From assembly GCA_018268185.1 (NCBI GenBank), contig JAFDXA010000293.1, forward strand, positions 1 through 45,935: a stretch of 45,935 nucleotides of DNA. Reading direction: 5' to 3'. The notes below the pieces were generated by a model that was not told the DNA's origin, ran no database searches, and saw only the letters and a program-made list of their open reading frames with translations. This document shows positions 29,160 through 39,021 of this stretch, piece after piece. This DNA comes from Bacteroidota bacterium. GTDB taxonomy: Bacteria; Bacteroidota; Bacteroidia; Chitinophagales; Chitinophagaceae. Within the stretch, counting starts at the first letter, position 1, and each line of letters begins with the position of its first letter. The position numbers were made by a program, and so were the translations under genes.

Positions 29160-31940
29160 TTAGATCACCACGTTGATCATCTTACCTTTTACAAAAATTA
29201 TTTTCTTCGGCGCCTTGCCTTCCAGCCATTTCTGCACAACATCATTCTCTACAACCAGCTTTTCCACTTCCTGTTGCTGAATATCAACGGGCAGACTCAT
29301 ATTGGTACGCAGTTTACCATTTACTGAAACCGGGTAATCCTTGCTTGTTTCAACAAGATACTTACCATCGAATACGGGATAAGCTGCATCCAGCACAGAA
29401 CCATTGTTACCCAACTGGCTCCAGAGTTCCTCTGCAATATGCGGTGCATAAGGCGTTAAAAGGATCAGTATTTTTTCAAGTATTTCCTTCTTAAAACATT
29501 TTGCGTCGGCCAATTCATTTACACAGATCATGAAGGAACTTACTGCCGTATTAAAACTGAACCGCTCCGTATCTTCTTCAATTTTTTTAATAGCTTTATG
29601 CAGTATTTTCAACTCTGCATCTGTTGCTTTCTCTTCATTCCATATCTTTCCTTTTAACTCATCATTGAACAAACGCCAGAGTTTTCTTAAGAAACGATGT
29701 ACACCTTCGATACCTTTTGTATCCCATGGTTTGCTAGCTTCCACCGGCCCGAGGAACATTTCATACATGCGGAATGTGTCGGCTCCGTATTTTTCAACCA
29801 GTACATCCGGGTTTACTGTATTGTATTTTGATTTGGACATTTTTTCTACTTCCGAACCGCAGATATACTTCGCCTCGCCCCCGGCCCCTCTTCCTCCGGA
29901 GATTGGAGTATTCAGGCTTCCGTCTTCGCAGATAAAAATTGCTTCCGAAAATTCAGGTTTCCATTTTCTGAAAGCATTTATATTAAGCTCAATACCATCT
30001 ACAATGTTTACATCAACATGCAATGGATCTGTTTCATATTTATTCTTCAATCCCAGGGAAACAAATTCATTTTTCCCTTTGATCCTGTATACAAACCTCG
30101 AACTTCCCTGTATCATTCCCTGGTTTACCAACCGCTTAAATGGTTCATCAAAACTGATATAGCCAAGATCAAACAATACTTTCGTCCACATTCGGCTGTA
30201 CAACAGGTGCCCTACCGCATGTTCGGTTCCGCCGATATAAACATCAACCTGGTTCCAGTAATCACTCGCTTTGCGATCGCAGAAGGACTGTTCATTGTGC
30301 GGATCCATATATCGCAGGAAATACCAGCTGCTGCCGGCATAACCCGGCATGGTAGAAGTTTCTCTTCTTCCTCCTTCCACATTAACCCAATCATTGAGGT
30401 TAGCCAGCGGACCTTCTCCTTCCGGGCCAGGTCCATATTTATCAACGTGTGGTAATTCGAGTGGCAATTCACTTTCATCCAAAGGAACAGCAATACCATC
30501 TTTCCAGGTGATCGGGAATGGTTCGCCCCAATAACGTTGCCTGCTGAAACCGGCATCACGCATTTTATAGTTCACCTTGCGTTTGCCGATACCGAGTTCT
30601 TCGATCTTATTTACAGCAACAGAAATAGCATCCTTCATCAGCATACCATTGAGAAAGCCTGAATTTTCCAGGATGGCTTCTTTGGTAGGATTGGCTTCTT
30701 CACCATTATAATGGCTGCCAATGATATTCGTGATCGGTATGTTGAAATGCTTTGCAAATGAATAGTCACGCTGGTCACCGCAAGGCACGGCCATGATTGC
30801 CCCGGTTCCGTAACCAGCCAGTACATATTCGGCTATCCAAACGGGAATCTTTTTACCATCAAAAGGGTTCAATGCATAGGCCCCGGTAAAGCAACCGGTG
30901 ATCTGTTTTACTTCGGCCATGCGTTCCCGGTCGCTCCGGCTTTTTACATAACCAAGGTATTCATCAATGGCCTGTTTTTGTTCCGCTGTGGTAATGGAAG
31001 CAACCAGTTCATGCTCCGGCGCCAGTACCATAAAGTCGACGCCAAAAATAGTATCTGGTCTTGTTGTGTAAACACGAAGTTTTTTTTCTGAGCCATCAAT
31101 GGCAAACTCAACTTCCGCGCCTTCCGATCTCCCGATCCAGTTTCGCTGCATTTCTTTCATGCTTTCGCTGAAATCAACGGTTTCCAAGCCTTCCAGCAAA
31201 CGATCGGCATAAGCAGTAATGCGCAGGTACCATTGGCGCATTTTCTTTTTTACCACCGGGAAACCGCCGCGTTCACTCACGCCATTTACCACTTCATCAT
31301 TGGCAAGCACTGTTCCCAAAGCCTCACACCAGTTCACTTCGCCATAAGCGCTGAAAGCGAGGCGGCGCGACATCAGTATATCTTCCTGCTCCTTTTTACT
31401 AAATGCATTCCACTGTTCAGCGGTAAAATGCCGGGAGCCCTTCGTTTCATATTTTTTTATGAGGTCTGCAATTGGTCTCGCCTTTTTTTGTGTATTGCAG
31501 AAATAACTGTTGAATAATTTCAGGAAGAGGGTCTGCGTCCACCTGTAATAAGATGGATCACTGGTTCGTACTTCGCGGTCCCAATCGTAACAGAAACCGA
31601 TCTTATCAAGCTGAGATTTGAATGTTGCAATATTGATACGGGTGGTTTCAGCCGGGTGCTGACCGGTTTCCAGTGCATACTGTTCGGCCGGAAGCCCGAA
31701 GCTGTCGAAGCCCATCGGGTGCAGTACATTGAATCCTTTCAGCCTTTTGTACCTGCTGTAAATATCACTGGCAATATAACCCAGCGGATGCCCCACATGC
31801 AGCCCTGCGCCGCTCGGGTAAGGAAACATATCCAGCACATAATATTTAGGTTTCGCCGAATCGTTGGAAACCTTGTATGCTTTACCGGCTTTCCATTTTT
31901 CCTGCCATTGCTTTTCAATCTCCCTGAAATCGTATTCCAT
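29160..31940 (-). CDS. leuS: Leucine--tRNA ligase
   Basis: FPYPSGAGLHVGH (HIGH), KMSKS, and CP1 editing motifs TTRPDT and GTGAIMAVP. Confidence 0.99.
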   Translation of the reverse strand: MEYDFREIEKQWQEKWKAGKAYKVSNDSAKPKYYVLDMFPYPSGAGLHVGHPLGYIASDIYSRYKRLKGFNVLHPMGFDSFGLPAEQYALETGQHPAETTRINIATFKSQLDKIGFCYDWDREVRTSDPSYYRWTQTLFLKLFNSYFCNTQKKARPIADLIKKYETKGSRHFTAEQWNAFSKKEQEDILMSRRLAFSAYGEVNWCEALGTVLANDEVVNGVSERGGFPVVKKKMRQWYLRITAYADRLLEGLETVDFSESMKEMQRNWIGRSEGAEVEFAIDGSEKKLRVYTTRPDTIFGVDFMVLAPEHELVASITTAEQKQAIDEYLGYVKSRSDRERMAEVKQITGCFTGAYALNPFDGKKIPVWIAEYVLAGYGTGAIMAVPCGDQRDYSFAKHFNIPITNIIGSHYNGEEANPTKEAILENSGFLNGMLMKDAISVAVNKIEELGIGKRKVNYKMRDAGFSRQRYWGEPFPITWKDGIAVPLDESELPLELPHVDKYGPGPEGEGPLANLNDWVNVEGGRRETSTMPGYAGSSWYFLRYMDPHNEQSFCDRKASDYWNQVDVYIGGTEHAVGHLLYSRMWTKVLFDLGYISFDEPFKRLVNQGMIQGSSRFVYRIKGKNEFVSLGLKNKYETDPLHVDVNIVDGIELNINAFRKWKPEFSEAIFICEDGSLNTPISGGRGAGGEAKYICGSEVEKMSKSKYNTVNPDVLVEKYGADTFRMYEMFLGPVEASKPWDTKGIEGVHRFLRKLWRLFNDELKGKIWNEEKATDAELKILHKAIKKIEEDTERFSFNTAVSSFMICVNELADAKCFKKEILEKILILLTPYAPHIAEELWSQLGNNGSVLDAAYPVFDGKYLVETSKDYPVSVNGKLRTNMSLPVDIQQQEVEKLVVENDVVQKWLEGKAPKKIIFVKGKMINVVI
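29872..29908 (-). repeat. Degenerate REP-like GC-rich element inserted in frame in leuS
   Basis: Minus strand CTCCAATCTCCGGAGGAAGAGGGGCCGGGGGCGAGGC encodes TPISGGRGAGGEA. It is a local GC island. Confidence 0.55.
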
Positions 31941-32230
31941 CTTTTTATTCCCGTTTATATGATTTTAATGTACCCGGCCTCAGTATCAATATCAACTTCA
32001 TTGGCGTCGCACTCTTGTACGACATCAATTCTGGCAACAAAATTTTATTGAAAAAAACAAGATGCTTTTTAACAAATAAATAAGCAATCTCATTCCTGCA
32101 ATAAAAATATATTTGGCGGGCAATCGTTTTTTTGCAGGTGACAAAAATAAAACAAACCACTTAAAAACCTTTATTTTTGTCCACTTTAACGACGTTCATA
32201 CTATTCATAATCCTGTTATAAGACACTGTT

Positions 32231-33109
32231 ATGGCTCAATTCGGAAAAGCATCCAGCAAAAGAGGTAAGCCCAATTACACGGGTGCCATCATTGGCGTTG
32301 CCCTTGTACTGTTCCTCTTCGGCATCGTAGGATGGTTCTTCTTAAATCTCCGTAAAACCGGCGATTATTTTAAAGAGAATATCCAGGTACATGCCTGGCT
32401 TAACAGGGACGCTTCCAAAAAACAGATCGACAGCTTAAAGAATTACATCAGTTCTATTCCCTACGCCAATCGTGTTGAATATGTGACCAAGGAGATGGCC
32501 GTTCAGAAATGGAATGCTGATAATGACAGCACCTGGAAACAATTTCTCAGCAATAACCCATTACCCGAGAGCATTGATTTTTACGTAAAGGCGGATTATG
32601 TGGAACGCGACAGCCTGAACCACCTGGCGCTTAACCTGCAGGACGCATACCCGGGTGTGATCTCAGAATTTCAATTTCCCACTGAAACAGTTTCCAAAGT
32701 GAGCAGTTTTGTAAAAACAGCTGCGGTCATATTTCTTATCGCCGCCATATTGCTCACCATACTCGTAGTGTTCTCGATCGACAATACGATCAGGCTGGCC
32801 ATGTACAGCAACCGTTTCCTCATTAAAACCATGCAGATGGTAGGAGCTACCCGGTGGTTCATCTCTAAACCCATCAACCAGCGGGCAATTGTGAACGGGC
32901 TGGTAGCCTCCCTGATCGCCATCATAGCTGTTTGGGGCAGTGTTTTCCTGGTTGAACAGTTCATTCCTGATTTCAAACAACTGCATGATACAAGAGGTAT
33001 GCTCCTCCTGTTCTTCATCATTATCATATTAGGAGTTACCATTACACTGGTAAGTACACACCGCTCCGTTGTGAAGTACCTCCGCATGAAACTGGATGAC
33101 CTTTACTGA
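32231..33109 (+). CDS. ftsX: Cell division permease FtsX
   Basis: Four TMs, NPLPESI, IDNTIRLAMYSNRFLIKTMQMVGAT. A TATTTTTG promoter motif lies at 32172-32179. Confidence 0.92.
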   Translation: MAQFGKASSKRGKPNYTGAIIGVALVLFLFGIVGWFFLNLRKTGDYFKENIQVHAWLNRDASKKQIDSLKNYISSIPYANRVEYVTKEMAVQKWNADNDSTWKQFLSNNPLPESIDFYVKADYVERDSLNHLALNLQDAYPGVISEFQFPTETVSKVSSFVKTAAVIFLIAAILLTILVVFSIDNTIRLAMYSNRFLIKTMQMVGATRWFISKPINQRAIVNGLVASLIAIIAVWGSVFLVEQFIPDFKQLHDTRGMLLLFFIIIILGVTITLVSTHRSVVKYLRMKLDDLY

Positions 33110-33156
33110 TACCGTACTGAAATTTTATACTATCTTGCAGCACAATACAGATTTTT

Positions 33157-33411
33157 ATGGCAAACGAAAAATCAAAACCGGTTTACGTTAAGACCAACCT
33201 TTTTGGTAAAGAGAATTATATCCTGATGCTCGCCGGGTTACTTGTACTTGCCCTCGGGTTCTTCCTGATGGCAGGAGGTAAAAGCACCGATCCGAAAGTG
33301 TTTGATCCTAAGGAAGTATACAGCACTACACGCATCACGATCGCCCCGATACTTATCATCGCTGGCTTTATTATTGAGATCGTTGCGATCATGAAAAAAC
33401 CAAAAGGATAG
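33157..33411 (+). CDS. DUF3098-like small membrane protein
   Basis: FGKENY...LMAGG...RITIAPILI pattern; usual Bacteroidota position between ftsX and uppP. Confidence 0.85.
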   Translation: MANEKSKPVYVKTNLFGKENYILMLAGLLVLALGFFLMAGGKSTDPKVFDPKEVYSTTRITIAPILIIAGFIIEIVAIMKKPKG

Positions 33412-33452
33412 CATTTAAACCCATTACGATCAAATAACCTGTTTCAATAAAT

Positions 33453-33476
33453 GCGCTGTATCTTACAGCGTTTTTT
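33453..33476 (+). terminator. Terminator-like hairpin upstream of uppP
   Basis: GCGCTGTA-tct-TACAGCGT followed by a T run. Confidence 0.7.
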
Positions 33477-33511
33477 ATTTGATCCACGTTGAACCAGTAA
33501 CCTGCAACAGT

Positions 33512-34303
33512 ATGACCACCATCCAGACAACCATTGTATCAATCGTAGAAGGCCTCACCGAATTTCTCCCTGTTTCCTCTACCGGTCACATGATCATCAC
33601 GGAGAAACTTCTAAAAATACCGGATGATGAATACACTAAGATGTTCACGGTTGCAATACAATTGGGAGCCATCCTGGCCGTAGTAGTGCTATACTGGAAA
33701 AAATTCTTTGATTTCAAAAACATATCATTCTATTTCAAACTGGCTGTTGGAGTTGTTCCTGCCATCATACTTGGCATGTTGTTCTCTAAAAAGATCGATG
33801 CTTTGCTGGAAAGCAGTACAACCGTAGCCGTTTCACTGCTGGTTGGAGGCGTTATCCTGCTGTTCATTGATAAAGCCTTCAATCATCCCCGCATTGAATC
33901 TGAAAAAGACACGACCTTTCTCAATGCATTCATCATCGGCACCTGGCAATGCCTTGCTATGGTTCCGGGTGTGAGCAGGAGCGCCGCTTCCATCATCGGT
34001 GGTATGCAACAGAAACTTACCAGGAGTGCTGCTGCAGAATTCTCATTCTTCCTGGCCGTACCTACCATGCTCGCAGCAACAGGTTACAAACTGTACAAAC
34101 ATTATAAAGAAGCCGGGGGCTTTTCCGGCGAAGACATCAAGCAGCTTGCCATAGGCAATGCCGTTGCTTTTATCGTAGCGATGATAGCCATCAAGTTCTT
34201 CATTGGCTTTTTAAAAAAACACGGGTTCAGGGTGTGGGGCATTTACCGCATCGTGCTGGGGCTTGTGCTCTTATTACTGATCTGGAAAGGAGTGATTAAT
34301 TGA
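33512..34303 (+). CDS. uppP: Undecaprenyl-diphosphate phosphatase
   Basis: Motifs VEGLTEFLPVSSTGH, PGVSRS and AAEFSFFLAVP. Start moved to ATG 33512. Confidence 0.96.
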   Translation: MTTIQTTIVSIVEGLTEFLPVSSTGHMIITEKLLKIPDDEYTKMFTVAIQLGAILAVVVLYWKKFFDFKNISFYFKLAVGVVPAIILGMLFSKKIDALLESSTTVAVSLLVGGVILLFIDKAFNHPRIESEKDTTFLNAFIIGTWQCLAMVPGVSRSAASIIGGMQQKLTRSAAAEFSFFLAVPTMLAATGYKLYKHYKEAGGFSGEDIKQLAIGNAVAFIVAMIAIKFFIGFLKKHGFRVWGIYRIVLGLVLLLLIWKGVIN

Positions 34304-34458
34304 TATTGAATTGTTGCTGATTCACCATTTATTCCCGGTGCTGTATTTATTTTCTTAGCCTGCCCCAAATCCTACTTTCTCCCGGGAATGAACAGATCGA
34401 TCATAAATCGTTTGCGTTTTACTGATTAATCATTAATTTTTCATTCTTAATTATCCAA

Positions 34459-35748
34459 ATGCAGACTGCTTCCAAAAAAGTCGTAAACGGTTGGGCTATG
34501 TATGACTGGGCCAATTCCGTTTACAACCTGGTGATCACAACAACATTCTTCCCTGCCTATTATGCAGCAGTAACAGGAACACAAAATGAACAGTTCAAAA
34601 ACGGCATCCCGTTTCTTGGCAGAACCTTTGTGAATACGGAACTGAAAGACTATGTTCTTTCTGTGGGCTTCTTCATCATAGCAGCATTATCACCCATCCT
34701 TTCTTCCATTGCCGATTACAAGGGCAACAAGAAAAATTTCATGCGCTTCTTCTGCTACCTGGGAGCATTGAGTTGTTCGCTCATGTTCTTCTTTGATGAA
34801 AACCATGTTACCCTCGGGCTCATGTGTTTTATGTTTGCCGGCATCGGCTTTTATGGCAGCCAGGTTTTTTACAATTCCTACTTACCGGATATTGCCGCCG
34901 AAAAAGACATGGACCGTATCAGCGCCAAGGGATACACGATGGGATATATCGGGAGTGTGATCATGCAGTTGATCGGCTTCGCCCTCGTTTTATTCATGCC
35001 CAAAGGAGAGCTTCCGCTTAAACTTACATTTCTGCTTGTAGGTATCTGGTGGGTTGCATTTGCTCAGATCACTTTCAGGGTATTGCCGATAAGACCTAAA
35101 TCCGAAAGACAATCAAAAACAAATGTGCTGAGCAATGGGTTCATCGAACTCAAAAAAGTTTGGAACCAACTGGTGCACCTGCCGGTATTGAAAAGATTCC
35201 TCACGGCTTTCTTTTTTTACAGCATGGGTGTACAAACTGTAATGCTGATCGCAATCGACTTTGGCATCAAAGAATTAAAACTGGAAGACACCAAGCTAAT
35301 CATTGTAGCTGTAGTAATTCAACTGGTGGCCATTGTTGGGGCAATAGGCATGAGCCGCTTGTCTGAGCGGTTTGGCAATATCAAAGTGCTTATACTTACA
35401 GTAATGCTGTGGATAGGTGTTTGTATTACCGGGTATTTCGTTACATCAGAAACTACATTTTACACCCTGGCAGCACTTGTTGGACTGGTAATGGGCGGCA
35501 TACAGTCGCTAAGCCGTTCTACTTACAGCAAGTTGATGCCTGAAACAAAAGACACGGCATCTTTCTTCAGCTTTTATGATATCACTGAAAAAATAGCCAT
35601 TGTGATCGGGCTCTTCAGTTTTGGATTCATCGAAGGATTAACAGGAACCATGAGAAACTCTATACTGGCCTTGATCACATTCTTTGTATTGGGATTGATA
35701 TTCCTTTTGCTAACAGCGCAGAAAGAAAAGAAACACGCAACTGCATAA
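34459..35748 (+). CDS. MFS transporter (UMF1/Atg22-like)
   Basis: WAMYDWANS and GGIQSLSRS motifs, about 12 TMs. Confidence 0.9.
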   Translation: MQTASKKVVNGWAMYDWANSVYNLVITTTFFPAYYAAVTGTQNEQFKNGIPFLGRTFVNTELKDYVLSVGFFIIAALSPILSSIADYKGNKKNFMRFFCYLGALSCSLMFFFDENHVTLGLMCFMFAGIGFYGSQVFYNSYLPDIAAEKDMDRISAKGYTMGYIGSVIMQLIGFALVLFMPKGELPLKLTFLLVGIWWVAFAQITFRVLPIRPKSERQSKTNVLSNGFIELKKVWNQLVHLPVLKRFLTAFFFYSMGVQTVMLIAIDFGIKELKLEDTKLIIVAVVIQLVAIVGAIGMSRLSERFGNIKVLILTVMLWIGVCITGYFVTSETTFYTLAALVGLVMGGIQSLSRSTYSKLMPETKDTASFFSFYDITEKIAIVIGLFSFGFIEGLTGTMRNSILALITFFVLGLIFLLLTAQKEKKHATA

Positions 35749-35767
35749 CTTTACTGAAAATTACCGC

Positions 35768-36604
35768 ATGAATTTATATACGATCAATACAGGCAATTTT
35801 AAACTTGATGGCGGCGCTATGTTCGGCGTTGTACCGAAAAGCATCTGGCAAAAACTCAATCCACCCGACAACAACAATATGTGTACCTGGGCCATGCGTT
35901 GCCTGCTCATTGAAGATGGCAACAGGTTAATATTGGTGGATAACGGTATCGGCGATAAACAAGATGAAAAATTCTTCAGTCATTATTATTTACATGGCGA
36001 TGATACCCTTGATAAATCATTGGCAAAACACGGGTTTCATAAAAATGATATTACCGATGTGATATTGACGCACCTCCATTTCGATCATTGCGGAGGAAGC
36101 ATTGTAAGAGAAGCAGACAAACTCGTACCGGCATTTAAAAATGCCACTTTCTGGAGTAACAAACGTCACTGGAAATGGGCCACAGAACCCAACGACCGTG
36201 AGAAAGCTTCCTTTCTTAAAGACAATATCCTTCCCATTCAGCAAAGCGGCCAGTTGAAATTTATTGAAGACAACCCCGGAGATTTTCCGGCACAGGTGAG
36301 CATCCGGCAGGTATTTGGTCATACAGATGCCATGATGCTTCCACAGGTTAACTACAAAGGAAAAACGATCCTGTTCATGGCCGACCTGCTTCCTTCAGCA
36401 GCGCACATCCCTATTCCTTATGTAATGGCATATGATATGTTCCCGCTCACCACACTGAATGAAAAGAAATCATTTATTACAGAAGCACAACAGAATGATT
36501 ATGTCCTTTTCTTTGAGCATGACCCGGTAAATGAATGCTGCAACCTCCAGTTAACAGAAAAAGGCATCAGGCCTAAAGATCTTTTTAAGCTGGCCGAATT
36601 GTAA
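35768..36604 (+). CDS. MBL-fold metallo-hydrolase (YtnP-like)
   Basis: LDGGAMFGVVPK and THLHFDHCGG (HxHxDH). Confidence 0.92.
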   Translation: MNLYTINTGNFKLDGGAMFGVVPKSIWQKLNPPDNNNMCTWAMRCLLIEDGNRLILVDNGIGDKQDEKFFSHYYLHGDDTLDKSLAKHGFHKNDITDVILTHLHFDHCGGSIVREADKLVPAFKNATFWSNKRHWKWATEPNDREKASFLKDNILPIQQSGQLKFIEDNPGDFPAQVSIRQVFGHTDAMMLPQVNYKGKTILFMADLLPSAAHIPIPYVMAYDMFPLTTLNEKKSFITEAQQNDYVLFFEHDPVNECCNLQLTEKGIRPKDLFKLAEL

Positions 36605-36618
36605 TTGTAAGCAAATAA

Positions 36619-37422
36619 TTAACGGATATCCCTGAATGAACTGAGTGGGTAACGAAGGTTTTTGTAAGACATCATATCTACTTTGATACTTCCTACAGAA
36701 ATCGGGCTTTCTACCCGCAGTATGATATGATTGGGATCATCACTGATCCAGGCGGTCATCTTTTCACCACCTTCAAAAATGGTTCCCTTAATAAGCAATG
36801 GTTTTATCTTGATGGCATTGAAGCGGCCATAACGTGTTTTCACTTTCTCTTTACCCATGTAACGGATGTAGAGGTGAAATATCTCATCATCCAGGAACAT
36901 GTCGAAAGGTATTTTATCATCAACCTTGTATTTATCAAAATTGATATTGCGGGCATAATAAACGGCGCTCATCACATCCTGCATGCAATCCGTGATCGGG
37001 AAAACGCCATTGTTGCTGGTTGCTGTATTAACCGCCTGGTTGAAACTTACGTTATTATATTTTTTATAAGACCCCTCCTCAATGTTTCTTATGAACCTGT
37101 AGGGCAATAGGCTGGCGGTATCAACATAGCTCTCGTAGCGGTCGCGTACCTTGAAAAAATTATCGAACGTTGAATAAGTTTTTCCCTCTCCAACGTGGTG
37201 ATAAACCGGTTTGCCGTTGAATCTTTCGAGCGTGGTGGTAAAAGTTGCCTCCCCGGCCCCAATATAAGCGCCGAGCCAACTGTAGTAAACCTTAAACGTT
37301 ACCACTTCGCCTTCCTTGTAAGCGGTGTTTTTTATTCCGCAGAAATCTCCGCCCTTATGGCCTGTAAAGCCGAAAGTGAATATGCTGAAAATAAGAATGG
37401 CCGGTATGGTAAATTTCTTCAT
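36619..37422 (-). CDS. Exported protein, DUF3108-like
   Basis: Signal peptide; FKVRDRYESY and WISDDPNHI resemble DUF3108 (from recall, not searched). Confidence 0.72.
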   Translation of the reverse strand: MKKFTIPAILIFSIFTFGFTGHKGGDFCGIKNTAYKEGEVVTFKVYYSWLGAYIGAGEATFTTTLERFNGKPVYHHVGEGKTYSTFDNFFKVRDRYESYVDTASLLPYRFIRNIEEGSYKKYNNVSFNQAVNTATSNNGVFPITDCMQDVMSAVYYARNINFDKYKVDDKIPFDMFLDDEIFHLYIRYMGKEKVKTRYGRFNAIKIKPLLIKGTIFEGGEKMTAWISDDPNHIILRVESPISVGSIKVDMMSYKNLRYPLSSFRDIR

Positions 37423-38399
37423 CGTTCTTTCATGATTTTAATTCCGAGTATCAGCAGGCTGCCCAACACAGCCGGTATAACAAGGTTGATCAGCCATATC
37501 CCAAAAGCTGCCGCCTGTATGCCAATAATATTTGTGCTGAATAAATTAAAGAGCGCCACACTTGCAATAGCCCTTACAGGTAATTCTGTAAAACCAGCCG
37601 TTGGGGCTACTGCCATTACAAGGTAAAACAAGGTGAGTAATAAAAAAGAAACAGGGTATGCTATGTTCACCTCCATTACCTTTAATAGCAGGATGTATTG
37701 CAAAATAAATACCATATAACGGAAAAAAGATAAATTTAAAATTCTTAACAATTGTTTACCTCCAACTTCCTCCACTACAACAATGTGTTTTACGATATTT
37801 TTAAGAAATCCGATCCTTGAAACAACCGAAACAATAAAATGCATCCTGATTAGCAACAACAGCAGTATAACGGTAACGATAAGGCTTATCAATATAAGGG
37901 TATTGCCCAGCATCCATGAATAACCCGCAAACCTGTCTGCTTCAATTATTCTTCCGGCCCGTATCATGATCAACCCGATAGTACCCATGATCATCGTAAT
38001 GGTAAGCTGCGCCATACTTCCCAAGATGGTTAGTGATATTGCCCGCAACCGGTAAGCTTCGTTCACATACATGATTCTTCCGCCGTATTCACCGATCCTG
38101 TTCGGGGTTAACATGGTAATGCTGCAACCGGCCAGCACAGCTTTAAAAGCTCCGGCCAGGCTGAATTTCTGCAGGGGTTTCATGAGCAATTGCCATTTTC
38201 TTGCTTCAATCCCCCAATTGATAAACATAAGTGCAAAAACCATCCAGAACCCGGGCCGCTTCCAGCTCATCCTGATCTCCAGCCACCTGGTACCAAGGTC
38301 TTCCTGCCGTATGATCTGCCGGTAGAGGCTCCATGACAACAATACAAAGAGCAGCGGGCCCAACAGGTAATTGACTATTAATTTGATATTTTTGTTCAA
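37419..38399 (-). CDS. Lysylphosphatidylglycerol synthase TM-domain (UPF0104, flippase-like) protein
   Basis: Multi-TM protein with NWGIEARKW and TPNRIGEYGGR. TTG start. Confidence 0.8.
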   Translation of the reverse strand: MNKNIKLIVNYLLGPLLFVLLSWSLYRQIIRQEDLGTRWLEIRMSWKRPGFWMVFALMFINWGIEARKWQLLMKPLQKFSLAGAFKAVLAGCSITMLTPNRIGEYGGRIMYVNEAYRLRAISLTILGSMAQLTITMIMGTIGLIMIRAGRIIEADRFAGYSWMLGNTLILISLIVTVILLLLLIRMHFIVSVVSRIGFLKNIVKHIVVVEEVGGKQLLRILNLSFFRYMVFILQYILLLKVMEVNIAYPVSFLLLTLFYLVMAVAPTAGFTELPVRAIASVALFNLFSTNIIGIQAAAFGIWLINLVIPAVLGSLLILGIKIMKER

Positions 38400-38431
38400 G
38401 CAGGAAAATATCTATAAAAATAAGTTGCACT

Positions 38432-39001
38432 TTGCAAAAAGCATCAAAAATCATTTTGGGGATCGACCCTGGCACGATCGTAATGGGATACGGCATTATT
38501 GCCATAAAGGGAAATGCGATGACGCTGGTAGAAATGGATGTACTCAAACTACCCGCAAAAGCCGATGCTTATGAGAAACTGGAAAAGATACATGCAAGGG
38601 TGAATACCTTGATTAAAACACACAAACCCGACTGCTTCGCTATTGAAGCACCATTCTTTGGCAAAAACGTTCAGAGCATGCTGAAACTGGGCCGGGCACA
38701 GGGTGTAGCGATTGCTGCAGCCATCCAGGCCGGGCTTGCTGTTCATGAATACTCTCCCAAAAAAATAAAACAATCGATCACAGGCAATGGAAATGCAGGT
38801 AAGGAACAGGTGATGAAAATGCTGCAGCACCTGCTCAGGTTTGACCAGGGGCCCGCTTACATGGATGCCTCGGATGCTGTGGCTGTAGCTGTGTGTCATC
38901 ACTTTCAACAGGGCAGTTTACCGGTTACAAAGGGCAGGCAGGCAAAACCACTGTCCGACTGGAAAACATTTGTTGCCCGCAACCCGGCAAGAGTAAAATA
39001 A
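38432..39001 (+). CDS. ruvC: Holliday junction resolvase
   Basis: Motifs ILGIDPG, AIEAPF, KLGRAQG, TGNGNAGKEQV and DASDAVAVA. Confidence 0.97.
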   Translation: MQKASKIILGIDPGTIVMGYGIIAIKGNAMTLVEMDVLKLPAKADAYEKLEKIHARVNTLIKTHKPDCFAIEAPFFGKNVQSMLKLGRAQGVAIAAAIQAGLAVHEYSPKKIKQSITGNGNAGKEQVMKMLQHLLRFDQGPAYMDASDAVAVAVCHHFQQGSLPVTKGRQAKPLSDWKTFVARNPARVK

Positions 39002-39021
39002 ATCCGTTCTAAACAGTAAAC

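Noticed and set aside
31945-32160. 71-aa ORF or a T-box upstream of leuS
   Set aside because: The long ORF starts upstream of the putative promoter, and no T-box motif or terminator is visible. Only the short uORF was kept.
32231-33109. ftsX without an adjacent ftsE
   Set aside because: The two genes are commonly unlinked in Bacteroidota.
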